Of a stretch of 64,000 nucleotides of DNA, positions 20,390 to 29,205 are shown one piece after another; within the stretch, counting starts at the first letter, position 1, and each line of letters begins with the position of its first letter. The DNA is taken from assembly GCA_020026395.1 (NCBI GenBank), contig JAHHQM010000004.1, positions 87,237 to 151,236 on the forward strand. The letters run 5' to 3'. A model generated the notes under the pieces. It was not told the DNA's origin. It worked only from the letters and a program-made list of their open reading frames with translations, and searched no databases. Made by a program: the position numbers and the translations under genes. The DNA is from Alistipes sp. Lineage in GTDB: Bacteria; Bacteroidota; Bacteroidia; Bacteroidales; Rikenellaceae.

Positions 20390-21143
20390 ATTTCTCCAGA
20401 TTGTGGTAACCAAGCACCGTATGCGGCACCCGTCCGTGCGTGATGAGCTGAATGGGGCAGTTATAGGCGCGTAACTGCTCGGCATCGAGCATATTCGAGT
20501 GATGGCGATGCACCTCACGATTCACGCACACGATCTCCTTCACGACACTGCTGATCGTACCCACATCGTGCGACACCATCATGATGGCCATCCGCTTGTT
20601 CAACTCCTGTAACGAGCGATATAATTCGTTTTCGAACTGATTATCCACGAAATTCGTCGGCTCATCCAAGATCAGTACACGCGGTTCGGAAATAATCGCA
20701 CGGCAAAGCAACGCACGTTGCAACTGACCGCCCGACACCTCACCGACAGGCACTTTCGCCAAGTCGGCAATTCCGGCCTGCTCCAGCAATTCCATGGCTT
20801 TTTCGCGGTCGGCACGCGTGTAGCGCGCCCAAAATCCCTTGCTTCCCTGCAATCCCGACACGACCGTTTCCAGCAGTGAGATCGGGAAATTACGGTCGAA
20901 ATTCGAAATCTGCGGCATATAACCGATCAGACGCTCCTTACCGCGGTGCAATTCCCCGGCAAATTCGATCGTACCCGTGTGGGGTACCATTCCCAAAATC
21001 GCCTTTACCAGGGTCGTTTTTCCACCGCCGTTGGGGCCGATAATACCCAGAAAATCGTGATCTGCAACCTCCAAATTCACATTCCGAAGCGCCTCACAAC
21101 CATCGTATTTAACTCCGACCTGATGTAATGTTATAAGATTCAT
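20388..21143 (-). CDS. Metal (Zn/Mn) ABC transporter ATP-binding protein, ZnuC-like
   Basis: GPNGGGKTT, VSGGQLQR, LDEPT, VSHD, His-rich C-terminus. Confidence 0.9.
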   Translation of the reverse strand: MNLITLHQVGVKYDGCEALRNVNLEVADHDFLGIIGPNGGGKTTLVKAILGMVPHTGTIEFAGELHRGKERLIGYMPQISNFDRNFPISLLETVVSGLQGSKGFWARYTRADREKAMELLEQAGIADLAKVPVGEVSGGQLQRALLCRAIISEPRVLILDEPTNFVDNQFENELYRSLQELNKRMAIMMVSHDVGTISSVVKEIVCVNREVHRHHSNMLDAEQLRAYNCPIQLITHGRVPHTVLGYHNLEK

Positions 21144-21982
21144 TGCTCCGTGATTAAATCGGTTATTCGTCTGATATTCGACAAGATATCCTCCTCCAAG
21201 GGGTCAATCATTACGATCCGCGCACCAATGTCCGATGCGATGATCTCCACGGCCGTCTTCGGGAACTGCATCTGACAAAAGATGCGATCGACGCGATCCT
21301 CACGTGCCTGACGGATGATCTTTGCGATGTGTCGTGCCGAAGGTTCCTTGCCCTCAAATTCGATCGAACGCTGCTCGATGCCGTAATCTTCGGCATAGTA
21401 GGTGAGGGCGGGGTGGTAGATGATAAAATAGCGGATTTTGGAGGCTTTGATCTGCTCGGCGGCATAGTGATCCAGCTCCTCCAATTTTTGGTTTAAACGC
21501 GCGTAATTCTGCGCATATTTCACCGAATCGGGATAGTTTTTTTTGATGGCATCAAACGCATTTTTTGCCATCATTTTCAAGGCTTTTGGCGAAGTCCAAA
21601 GATGCGGATCGGTACCGTGTACGCCGTTATGCACATGACCGCACGCACCCTCCAAAAGCGGAATACCGTGACTCAGATTGATGGTCGTTTCCTTGAGTTG
21701 TGCCAACAGCGACTCCTCAAACGGAATCAAACCCACACCAAACACCAAACGGCTTCGATGCAGGTCGGCAAGCTGACGGGCAGACAATTCGAAAGTCTCG
21801 GGATTGGCACCGGGAGGCACCAGCACCTTCACCTCAAAATCATCCCCGACAATCTCGTGAATCAATTCGCGGAGCGGAAGAATAGATACATATAAGGAGT
21901 CTTTGTCCGAAGTCTGCGGTGCGGAACAAGCGCCCAGCATCATCGCCATAAAAAGACAAAGGGTAGTTATCAATTTGAGCAT
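21140..21982 (-). CDS. Metal ABC transporter substrate-binding lipoprotein, ZnuA-like
   Basis: Lipobox LGAC, PPGANPETFE, DPHLWTSP, YHPALTYYA, EGKEPS. Confidence 0.9.
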   Translation of the reverse strand: MLKLITTLCLFMAMMLGACSAPQTSDKDSLYVSILPLRELIHEIVGDDFEVKVLVPPGANPETFELSARQLADLHRSRLVFGVGLIPFEESLLAQLKETTINLSHGIPLLEGACGHVHNGVHGTDPHLWTSPKALKMMAKNAFDAIKKNYPDSVKYAQNYARLNQKLEELDHYAAEQIKASKIRYFIIYHPALTYYAEDYGIEQRSIEFEGKEPSARHIAKIIRQAREDRVDRIFCQMQFPKTAVEIIASDIGARIVMIDPLEEDILSNIRRITDLITEQ

Positions 21983-22234
21983 AAAAGCGGCAATCTTAAA
22001 ATTCCATGCAAAAATAACATTATTTTTTAAGAATGACTGTAATTGGGGGCAAATTCGCGTAGATTGCGCCGAAATCCGATCCGAAAAAGCAACCCGAAAT
22101 CAGCCGCTTTCACGCATCGGATCAGTCTGCAAACCCGACAACTTCAAATAATAAATAACTCACGGAGATCAGATCGCTCGAAACAAGTCATCAGCCATAT
22201 AATCAGGGGAGTAGTTCGATCGATCCGAATCTCT

Positions 22235-22262
22235 ATTTAACATAATATAAATATTACACCAA
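22235..22262 (-). other. dif-like XerC/D recombination site (site 1)
   Basis: Minus strand reads TTGGTGTAATA-TTTATA-TTATGTTAAAT. The XerD arm is identical to that of E. coli dif and the spacer is 6 bp and AT-rich. The XerC arm is divergent. Confidence 0.6.
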
Positions 22263-22388
22263 ATAATATTAGGGGAGTTCTACACGCGTTTTTAGGACTG
22301 AAACACCCATTTATAAGGCGTTTTTAAGCGCTTCTCTTGGAGATATTCGGGCAAATACCCGTAACGGAAAATTCTACGCGATTCTCGG

Positions 22389-22826
22389 CTACTTATCGGG
22401 CGTGTAACTTTCGCAGGTTCCGTCCGTGTAAAGAATCACAACGCGGGCGACCTGTTTGGCCGAGCCTGTTGCGTGATGCGAAGGCGAGACCTCTTCACGA
22501 GACGACGACGCGAAAGAAGATTCGTGCGCGTGCTGAGTTGTCGACTCCGACACCTCACTATTAAAAGACAACTCATCCTCCGTAGGAGCTTGCAGGGATG
22601 AAGACACCGAAGGCTCGTCCCGATAGACCTGGTCCGAGTCCAGAAGCAGCCAATCGGGGTTTACACGCGGAAAAGCCCGCAGAATCTTTTGCAGGAGATC
22701 AAAGCCGGGTTTATTGCGTCCGGCAAGAATGTGCGAAATACCCGCGGCATTAACACCGACCTTTTCGGCAAATTGTCCGGGCTTCAAACCTTCATTTTTC
22801 ATCAAAAGAAGCAACTTTTCCTTCAT
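22389..22826 (-). CDS. XRE-family helix-turn-helix protein
   Basis: QFAEKVGVNAAGISHILAGRNKPGFDLLQKI, VNPDWLLL, Ser-rich linker, C-terminal RVVILYTDGTCESY. Confidence 0.9.
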   Translation of the reverse strand: MKEKLLLLMKNEGLKPGQFAEKVGVNAAGISHILAGRNKPGFDLLQKILRAFPRVNPDWLLLDSDQVYRDEPSVSSSLQAPTEDELSFNSEVSESTTQHAHESSFASSSREEVSPSHHATGSAKQVARVVILYTDGTCESYTPDK

Positions 22827-23360
22827 AAGCCTATTTTTTTACAAATATAAAAACTTTTCTTTTGTAAAGCAAGTGGTTTTTACATTTGTATTTCGCCAAA
22901 TCTTACCAAAGCTTTTTACATCTGTAAACACACAAAATACTCATAAATCAAAATATAGAAATAAAAGTAAGGTAAAACCCATAAAATACTGATAGTACTA
23001 CAACTGTATACTTATTTATAGGTCAATACAGCCTATACACCGTAAATTCATCACATACGCTCATTATGCATATGTTTATATTTAAGTAAACGATATAAAT
23101 AGCTGGTAAATCGTATAGTTACGATTCAGTATTCAATACTTTGACACTACCTGTGTGGGGTGTTTTGCGATTACATATGTTTACAACAAAAGGAAATACA
23201 TTTGTTAAAGCAAGACAGGCAATTACCCGAGAATTAAAATACATTTGTAAATTTACACCCTATTATTCTTATTTACAAATGTAAACACCCTACTCCACCC
23301 GACTTATTCGGGAAAATTTACAAATTTCAACAACATTTATCGGGCAGATCCGCCGAACGA

Positions 23361-23388
23361 ACGTCTGGCAGTTTTGATTATGTTAAAT
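23361..23388 (+). other. Second dif-like site (perfect XerD arm), inverted relative to site 1
   Basis: ACGTCTGGCAG-TTTTGA-TTATGTTAAAT. Positions 23377-23391 are the exact reverse complement of 22232-22246. Confidence 0.5.
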
Positions 23389-23390
23389 AG

Positions 23391-23429
23391 AAAAGAGAAG
23401 GAGGAGAGCAAAACCGATGCTCTCCTCCT
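23391..23429 (-). terminator. Terminator of the relA-hyp-HIT unit
   Basis: AGGAGGAGAGCA-AAACCGA-TGCTCTCCTCCT hairpin, followed on the minus strand by TCTCTTTT. Confidence 0.75.
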
Positions 23430-23464
23430 GTAAATCAGATGAATTTAAATTTGTAAAACCGCCT

Positions 23465-23851
23465 TTATTCTGACAATTTGCGGGCGATTTCAGCGAATCG
23501 TTCCGGAGTCAGTTGCAATTTTTCGCGGTGGAAATCCACATCCGCCTCGCTATTCATCGGGATCAGATGGATGTGTGCGTGTGCCACTTCCAGACCCAGT
23601 ACTACAACGGCTACTTTCTTGCAACCCGTCATAGCCTTGATCTTGGCGGCCACCTTCTTGGCGAAGACCATCATGCCCGACAGTGTCTTGTCATCGAGGT
23701 CGAAAATGTAGTCCACTTCCTTCTTCGGCACAACCAACGTATGTCCCTCGGCCAACGGATTGATGTCGAGAAATGCATAGTAATTCTCATCTTCGGCGAC
23801 CTTGTACGAAGGAATCTCGCCGTCAATAATCTTTGAAAATATTGATGCCAT
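23465..23851 (-). CDS. HIT family hydrolase
   Basis: SIFSKIIDGEIP, AFLDINP, GHTLVVPK, HAHIHLIP. Confidence 0.95.
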   Translation of the reverse strand: MASIFSKIIDGEIPSYKVAEDENYYAFLDINPLAEGHTLVVPKKEVDYIFDLDDKTLSGMMVFAKKVAAKIKAMTGCKKVAVVVLGLEVAHAHIHLIPMNSEADVDFHREKLQLTPERFAEIARKLSE

Positions 23852-23869
23852 ATCGTTTTGATTTTAGTG

Positions 23870-24430
23870 TTATTCTTCTTTGAATTTGGGTTGCATAATC
23901 TCCGAATAAATGACTGCACGACGCAACTCCTCTTGGGACGAAAACAACGGAGCAGATGACTCCCCTGTCTGCAATGGGGTCTGATGCGCGTGATGCGACT
24001 TATGCGTATGCGCCTCCACCTTCTTTACGGTCGGCGCGGAATGATGCGTTTTCGGAGCAAAAGACGGTTTCGATGCGGTCTCGGGTTGAACCGCAGGCGT
24101 TTGCGCACAAGCGGGCTTTACGACTTCTTCGGGCACAGTTCTCCGCTTGACGCGTTCTACGTCGGGGAATTGCACCTCTTGCGGGATCGACGATTTCCGA
24201 AGCGGTTTCACTTTATCGGATAACTTTCCGAGCATCTTTTTCAATTCTCGGATTTCGGGATCCTCATCCAGATCCGAGAACTCACCCGCTTCGTCCATTT
24301 CCACGCCCTTTCCTTTGGCGTGTTTTGCCGCATTACTTTTTGCCAACAGGCCAATAACCAGCATCACCACAAAACCGATGATTCCGGGATCTATCTCCGA
24401 AAAAATACCGGCCAAAAATTCGCTTGCCAT
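23870..24430 (-). CDS. Hypothetical membrane-anchored protein
   Basis: N-terminal TM, low-complexity middle, C-terminal LRRAVIYSEIMQPKF. Confidence 0.8.
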   Translation of the reverse strand: MASEFLAGIFSEIDPGIIGFVVMLVIGLLAKSNAAKHAKGKGVEMDEAGEFSDLDEDPEIRELKKMLGKLSDKVKPLRKSSIPQEVQFPDVERVKRRTVPEEVVKPACAQTPAVQPETASKPSFAPKTHHSAPTVKKVEAHTHKSHHAHQTPLQTGESSAPLFSSQEELRRAVIYSEIMQPKFKEE

Positions 24431-24437
24431 AATCCGT

Positions 24438-26660
24438 CTAATTTAATTTACGTTTCACCGTATCCATGCCTTTGACTTTGCGCAGGCGGTCCATAATGGC
24501 CGACAAACCGTCGGCATCCTTTACGTAGAGGGCGACACTACCCTCGCAAATTCCGTCGTGGCTGTGCAGATTCAATTCGCGCATATTGATGCTGAAATCG
24601 GCACTCATGATCGTTGCCAATTCAAGCAACAAACCCTGTCGATCCAAAGCGCGGATCTCAATGGTCACCAGATAGGACATCGCCTTATGCTGCGACCATT
24701 TGATCTCCTCCTTGACGATCTGTCCACCGTGCTGCGAAGCCAATCGGTTCAGTTCATCGCACGAAGCCTTATGTACGATGATCTTTCCCGTCGCGAGATC
24801 GCGGAATCCGACCACCTTATCACCGGGAATCGGCTTACAGCAATCGGCAATCTCGAACTGCTCGCCGTCGCCCTCCGCAGCCTCGTCGCGGGTATGGTTT
24901 TCCTGTTCCGCGTCGTCCCCATCCTCGTCTTTCTTATGCGGGATGAAGAGCGTCCAGAATTTCAGAATTTTACTCTTGGAGTTGCTCTTGAGCACCTTCT
25001 CCAAATTATCCAGCGACACGATGCCCGCCCCGATCTTGCTATACAACTCTTCTTTGTTCGTACATTCGTAAATCGGGATGATCTTGCGCAGAACACGTCC
25101 GCTGAGTTTGATGTCGAGTTCCTGCATGCGCTTCTCCAAAAGCTGCATACCGTTCTCAATGTTGTTCTGCCGATCGCGTTTCAAGAAACTCTTGATCGCC
25201 TGTTTGGCCTTGCCCGTCGTGACGGCATCGAGCCATTCGGGTTTCGGTCGTGCCGAATCGGCCGCAATGATTTCAACCTGATCCCCGTTGTTGAGCTGGG
25301 TCGTCACGGGCATCAGTTTATGGTTAATTTTGGCACTGATGGCTCCGTTACCGATCTTCGAGTGAATCTCGTAAGCCAGGTCGAGTGCCGTCGCACCATA
25401 GGGTAACTTTTTGGATTCTCCTTTGGGCGTAAAGACTACAATTTCAGAAGTATACAACGATAACTTGAAGTTGTCCAGAAAATCGACCGCATCCTCCGTC
25501 GGCGAGTTCAGCGCATCGCGGATCTGCTTCAGCCACTTGTCGAATTCGTCCTCGTTTTGCGAGATGGTGGCGTGTTTATACTTCCAGTGCGCCGCAAATC
25601 CGCGCTCGGCAATATCCTCCATACGTTGCGTACGGATCTGCACCTCGACCCAGATTCCGTTCGGCCCCATCACCGTCGAATGCAGTGCCTCGTAGCCGTT
25701 GGCCTTGGGCATCGAAATCCAATCGCGCAGGCGGTCGGGTTTCGGGGTATAAATATCGGTGATCGACGAATAGATCTGCCAGCACTGGGTCTTCTCCGAG
25801 GGGAAAGGCAGGGGTTTGAACACGATGCGGATGGCAAACAGGTCGTATACCTCCTCGAAGGGGATCTGCTTGCGCTGCATCTTGTTCCAAATCGAATAGA
25901 CGCTCTTGACGCGTCCCGAAATTTCGTAATTGATGTGGTCCCGATTGAGTTTGGCGATGATCGGCGCATTGAAATTATTGATGTACTCCCGACGCGAAGC
26001 CTCGCTCTCCTCCAACTTCTGCTTGATTTCGGCATACTGCTGCGGGAAACGGTGCTTCATGCAGAGATCCTCCAACTCGCTCTTGATCGAGAACAATCCC
26101 AAGCGATAAGCCAGCGGTGCAAACAAATAAATCGTTTCGCCCGTGATCTTGATCTGCTTATTGAGTGGCATCGAACCCAACGTACGCATATTGTGCAGGC
26201 GGTCGGCGATCTTGATCAGGATCACCCGCACATCGTCCGACAGCGTGAGCAGCACCTTACGGAAATACTCCGCCTGTGCCGAGGTATCGGCATTGAACAC
26301 CCCCGCCATCTTGGTCAGTCCGTCCACCATCGAGGCGATCTTCTCGCCGAAGATGCGTTCCAGATCCTCGACCGTGTAGTCCGTGTCCTCCACCACATCG
26401 TGCAGCAGAGCCGCGACCACCGACTTCACACCCAGACCGATCTCATCGACCACAATTTTGGCAACGGCAATGGGATGCAGCAAATAAGGCTCGCCGGAGC
26501 GGCGTCTTGCCCCTTCGTGAGCCTCTTTGGCCAGGAAAAATGCACGCTTGATGAGGTTCCAGTCCTCATCATTCTTGCAGATATTTGTGCACGACAACAG
26601 CAACTCCTCCCATTTCTCCTTGATGAGTGCTTCGTCTTCCGGCGAGTATCCCATATTCAT
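24438..26660 (-). CDS. relA: Bifunctional (p)ppGpp synthetase/hydrolase (RelA/SpoT)
   Basis: RRSGEPYLLHP, LLHDVVEDT, KIADRLHNMRTL, GRVKS..S, YDLFAIR, EVQIRT, TGS and ACT domains. Confidence 0.95.
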   Translation of the reverse strand: MNMGYSPEDEALIKEKWEELLLSCTNICKNDEDWNLIKRAFFLAKEAHEGARRRSGEPYLLHPIAVAKIVVDEIGLGVKSVVAALLHDVVEDTDYTVEDLERIFGEKIASMVDGLTKMAGVFNADTSAQAEYFRKVLLTLSDDVRVILIKIADRLHNMRTLGSMPLNKQIKITGETIYLFAPLAYRLGLFSIKSELEDLCMKHRFPQQYAEIKQKLEESEASRREYINNFNAPIIAKLNRDHINYEISGRVKSVYSIWNKMQRKQIPFEEVYDLFAIRIVFKPLPFPSEKTQCWQIYSSITDIYTPKPDRLRDWISMPKANGYEALHSTVMGPNGIWVEVQIRTQRMEDIAERGFAAHWKYKHATISQNEDEFDKWLKQIRDALNSPTEDAVDFLDNFKLSLYTSEIVVFTPKGESKKLPYGATALDLAYEIHSKIGNGAISAKINHKLMPVTTQLNNGDQVEIIAADSARPKPEWLDAVTTGKAKQAIKSFLKRDRQNNIENGMQLLEKRMQELDIKLSGRVLRKIIPIYECTNKEELYSKIGAGIVSLDNLEKVLKSNSKSKILKFWTLFIPHKKDEDGDDAEQENHTRDEAAEGDGEQFEIADCCKPIPGDKVVGFRDLATGKIIVHKASCDELNRLASQHGGQIVKEEIKWSQHKAMSYLVTIEIRALDRQGLLLELATIMSADFSINMRELNLHSHDGICEGSVALYVKDADGLSAIMDRLRKVKGMDTVKRKLN

Positions 26661-26798
26661 ATCCGTTTAATGTATCTCGTTGAAATCGAATGCATTAAGC
26701 GCCATCACTTCAAGCATCCGATTCAAATCGGCAAACGGTTGAACCCGAGGCCGCGAAGCCCGATTCAACCGTAAATACCGTATTTGATTCTCTAAAAA

Positions 26799-27815
26799 CT
26801 ACTCCTCGTGGGGTGCTTTCATCGTCGCACGTACCTGCTCCTCGATTTCGGCAGCCAGCGCCTCGTCGCTCTTGAGCAGATCCTTCACGGCATCGCGACC
26901 CTGACCGATCTTACGATCTCCATAGGAGTACCACGATCCTGCCTTACGCAGCACACCGTAATCCACACCCAGGTCGATGATCTCGCCAATCTTCGAGATA
27001 CCCTCGCCGAACATGATGTCGAACTCGGCACGCTTGAACGGAGGCGCCACCTTGTTCTTCACGACCTTTACGCGGGTACGGGTACCCAACTGCTCCTCGC
27101 CATCCTTGATAACCGACACGCGGCGGATGTCGATACGCACGCTGGCGTAGAATTTCAGGGCGTTACCACCCGTCGTCGTTTCGGGGTTGCCGTAAACAAC
27201 GCCGATCTTATCACGCAACTGGTTGATGAAAATGCAGACGGTTTTGGTCTTGGCGATGCTCGACGTCAACTTACGCAATGCCTGCGACATCAGACGAGCC
27301 TGAAGACCCATCTTCGAATCGCCCATCTCACCCTCGATCTCGGCCTTCGGAGTCAGTGCGGCCACCGAGTCGATGACGATGATGTCGATGGCACTCGAAC
27401 GGATCAGCGAATCGGCAATTTCCAAAGCCTGCTCGCCGTTATCGGGCTGCGAGATCAACAGGTTATCGACGTCCACACCCAACTTCTGGGCGTAGAAGCT
27501 GTCGAAAGCATGCTCTGCATCGATGAATGCGGCGATACCGCCCTCCTTCTGAGCCTCGGCAATCGCATGGATGGCCAGCGTGGTCTTACCCGACGATTCG
27601 GGGCCGTAGATCTCGATGACACGTCCCTTGGGGTAACCGCCCACACCCAACGCCATATCCAGCGTGATGGATCCCGTGGGGATTACGGGGATGTCGTTCT
27701 CCTCGGTACTGTTCATACGCATGATCGAACCTTTACCGAAGTCTTTTTCTATTTTTTGCATGACTGCGTCCAAGACCTTCAGCTTGTCCGCGTCAACAGG
27801 TTTCTTTTCTGCCAT
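26799..27815 (-). CDS. recA: Recombinase RecA
   Basis: [39 protein letters not shown]. Confidence 0.99.
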   Translation of the reverse strand: MAEKKPVDADKLKVLDAVMQKIEKDFGKGSIMRMNSTEENDIPVIPTGSITLDMALGVGGYPKGRVIEIYGPESSGKTTLAIHAIAEAQKEGGIAAFIDAEHAFDSFYAQKLGVDVDNLLISQPDNGEQALEIADSLIRSSAIDIIVIDSVAALTPKAEIEGEMGDSKMGLQARLMSQALRKLTSSIAKTKTVCIFINQLRDKIGVVYGNPETTTGGNALKFYASVRIDIRRVSVIKDGEEQLGTRTRVKVVKNKVAPPFKRAEFDIMFGEGISKIGEIIDLGVDYGVLRKAGSWYSYGDRKIGQGRDAVKDLLKSDEALAAEIEEQVRATMKAPHEE

Positions 27816-27838
27816 ATATATTTGTTACTTTTAAAAAA

Positions 27839-28303
27839 TTACTCCTTGTAGGAGTCGATGATTTGCTGGTAGTGGTTCTTGGTATCGACCTTCGTGAAGA
27901 GTTTCTCGATGCGACCCTCGGCATCGATGACGAACGTCGTGCGGAACACGCCCATATATTTGCGGCCGCACATCGATTTCTCACCCCACACGCCGTATGC
28001 CTCACATACGCTGTGATCCGTATCGGCCAAAAGCGTAAAGTTCAATTCGTGCTTCTGGCAGAAATTCTGATGCGACTTCTCGCTGTCGGGACTTACGCCG
28101 ATGATGCGGAATCCCATCTCGGTGAGTTGAGCCTTGCCGTCACGCAGGCTCTTGGCCTCGAGGGTACATCCCGGAGTGTTGTCCTTCGGGTAGAAATAAA
28201 GAATTACGCGCTGACCTTTGAGGTCGTGCAACGAAAGAGCGTCCCCGGTCTGGGTCGTCGAAGTGAAGTCGGGAGCCAAGTCCCCTATCTTTAAATTAGT
28301 CAT
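27839..28303 (-). CDS. bcp: Thioredoxin-dependent thiol peroxidase (BCP)
   Basis: LYFYPKDNTPGCT motif. Confidence 0.93.
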   Translation of the reverse strand: MTNLKIGDLAPDFTSTTQTGDALSLHDLKGQRVILYFYPKDNTPGCTLEAKSLRDGKAQLTEMGFRIIGVSPDSEKSHQNFCQKHELNFTLLADTDHSVCEAYGVWGEKSMCGRKYMGVFRTTFVIDAEGRIEKLFTKVDTKNHYQQIIDSYKE

Positions 28304-28378
28304 TCATTTAAATATTTTTTACTTTCAAAGATACGAAAAATTTGCGAGATCAGCCACTTTTTATCCTCTTTTTTTGCC

Positions 28379-28591
28379 TTAGTCCCACACGTAGGTTACC
28401 TCGACCTGCTCGTTGAACTCCTCTTGCGTGCGGTTCATACGGTGGTGGCAACACGGGCAACGGATCGCCATTTCGGTCTCGACGAAATCGCCCAGCCCCA
28501 CACAACGAGGCAGCACGCCCCGCTCCGAAAGGATGTAATGATCAAATTGTGCGCCACACGCCTTGCATTTGATTTTGTAAACTGTTCCCAT
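28379..28591 (-). CDS. Small Zn-ribbon-like protein (70 aa)
   Basis: MGTVYKIKCKACG...IRCPCCHH, two Cys knuckles; A-rich leader before the ATG. Confidence 0.7.
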   Translation of the reverse strand: MGTVYKIKCKACGAQFDHYILSERGVLPRCVGLGDFVETEMAIRCPCCHHRMNRTQEEFNEQVEVTYVWD

Positions 28592-28744
28592 AGTTGTATG
28601 TTGTTTTAAGGTTTGTTGTCCTGGTTTGACAATGCAAAGAAACGGCGATAAAATGACAACTTGTGACACACCCGAAAATTTATGCAAAAAAAACTCCGAA
28701 TGCCCATCAGCACCCGGAGTTTAAAGTCCGCTTCGAGGTCGGAA

Positions 28745-29173
28745 TTATTTCGTCTCCTCTTCGCCTTCCTTTGCTTCGTCCTCTACATCGACGAACTTCG
28801 TGAAGCCGGCTTTCACCAGGATGTTATACCAGGCGAAGCACTTCTTAATGTCCGAAACGTGTACACGCTCGCGATCGTATTCGGGAACAATCTCGGCGAA
28901 AGCAGCCTTCAGTTTGTCGGCGCTCTCTTTCTCCGAGATGGCCTCTTCACCCTCGTAGTGATCGAAGATACGGGTAAACACCTCCGAAAGAGCGATATCC
29001 TCACCCTCGGTGAACATCGAGATCTCAGTCAGCGCACTTACACGGGCGTTGGCAGCGGCGTTCATACGACGACCGTCCACCAGCGACTCGACGATTACGC
29101 CGCGCTGCGACTGTGCAACATATTTATAAAGTCCCGGTTGGCCCGAGATGGCCAAAATTTCTCTGAAATCCAT
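28745..29173 (-). CDS. DUF5606 family protein
   Basis: ILAISGQPGLY, VIVESL, VSALTEISMFT, PEYDRERVHVSDIKK..WYNIL. Confidence 0.85.
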   Translation of the reverse strand: MDFREILAISGQPGLYKYVAQSQRGVIVESLVDGRRMNAAANARVSALTEISMFTEGEDIALSEVFTRIFDHYEGEEAISEKESADKLKAAFAEIVPEYDRERVHVSDIKKCFAWYNILVKAGFTKFVDVEDEAKEGEEETK

Positions 29174-29205
29174 TTTTCTGTGTGTTTAAAAAATTAGTCA
29201 GTATT

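Larger units (their letters stand above)
22838..23457. repeat. Array of about 10 palindromic 14-mers, consensus TTTACA-NN-TGTAAA
   Basis: Copies start at 22838, 22879, 22915 (perfect), 22997, 23170, 23195, 23238, 23272 (perfect), 23317 and 23444, in an AT-rich intergenic region. Confidence 0.85.

Noticed and set aside
20641..20649. DnaA-box-like TTATCCACG
   Set aside because: Single imperfect copy inside the znuC-like coding sequence.
22838..23457. Array as CRISPR
   Set aside because: Units are 14-bp degenerate palindromes with irregular spacing, and there are no cas genes.
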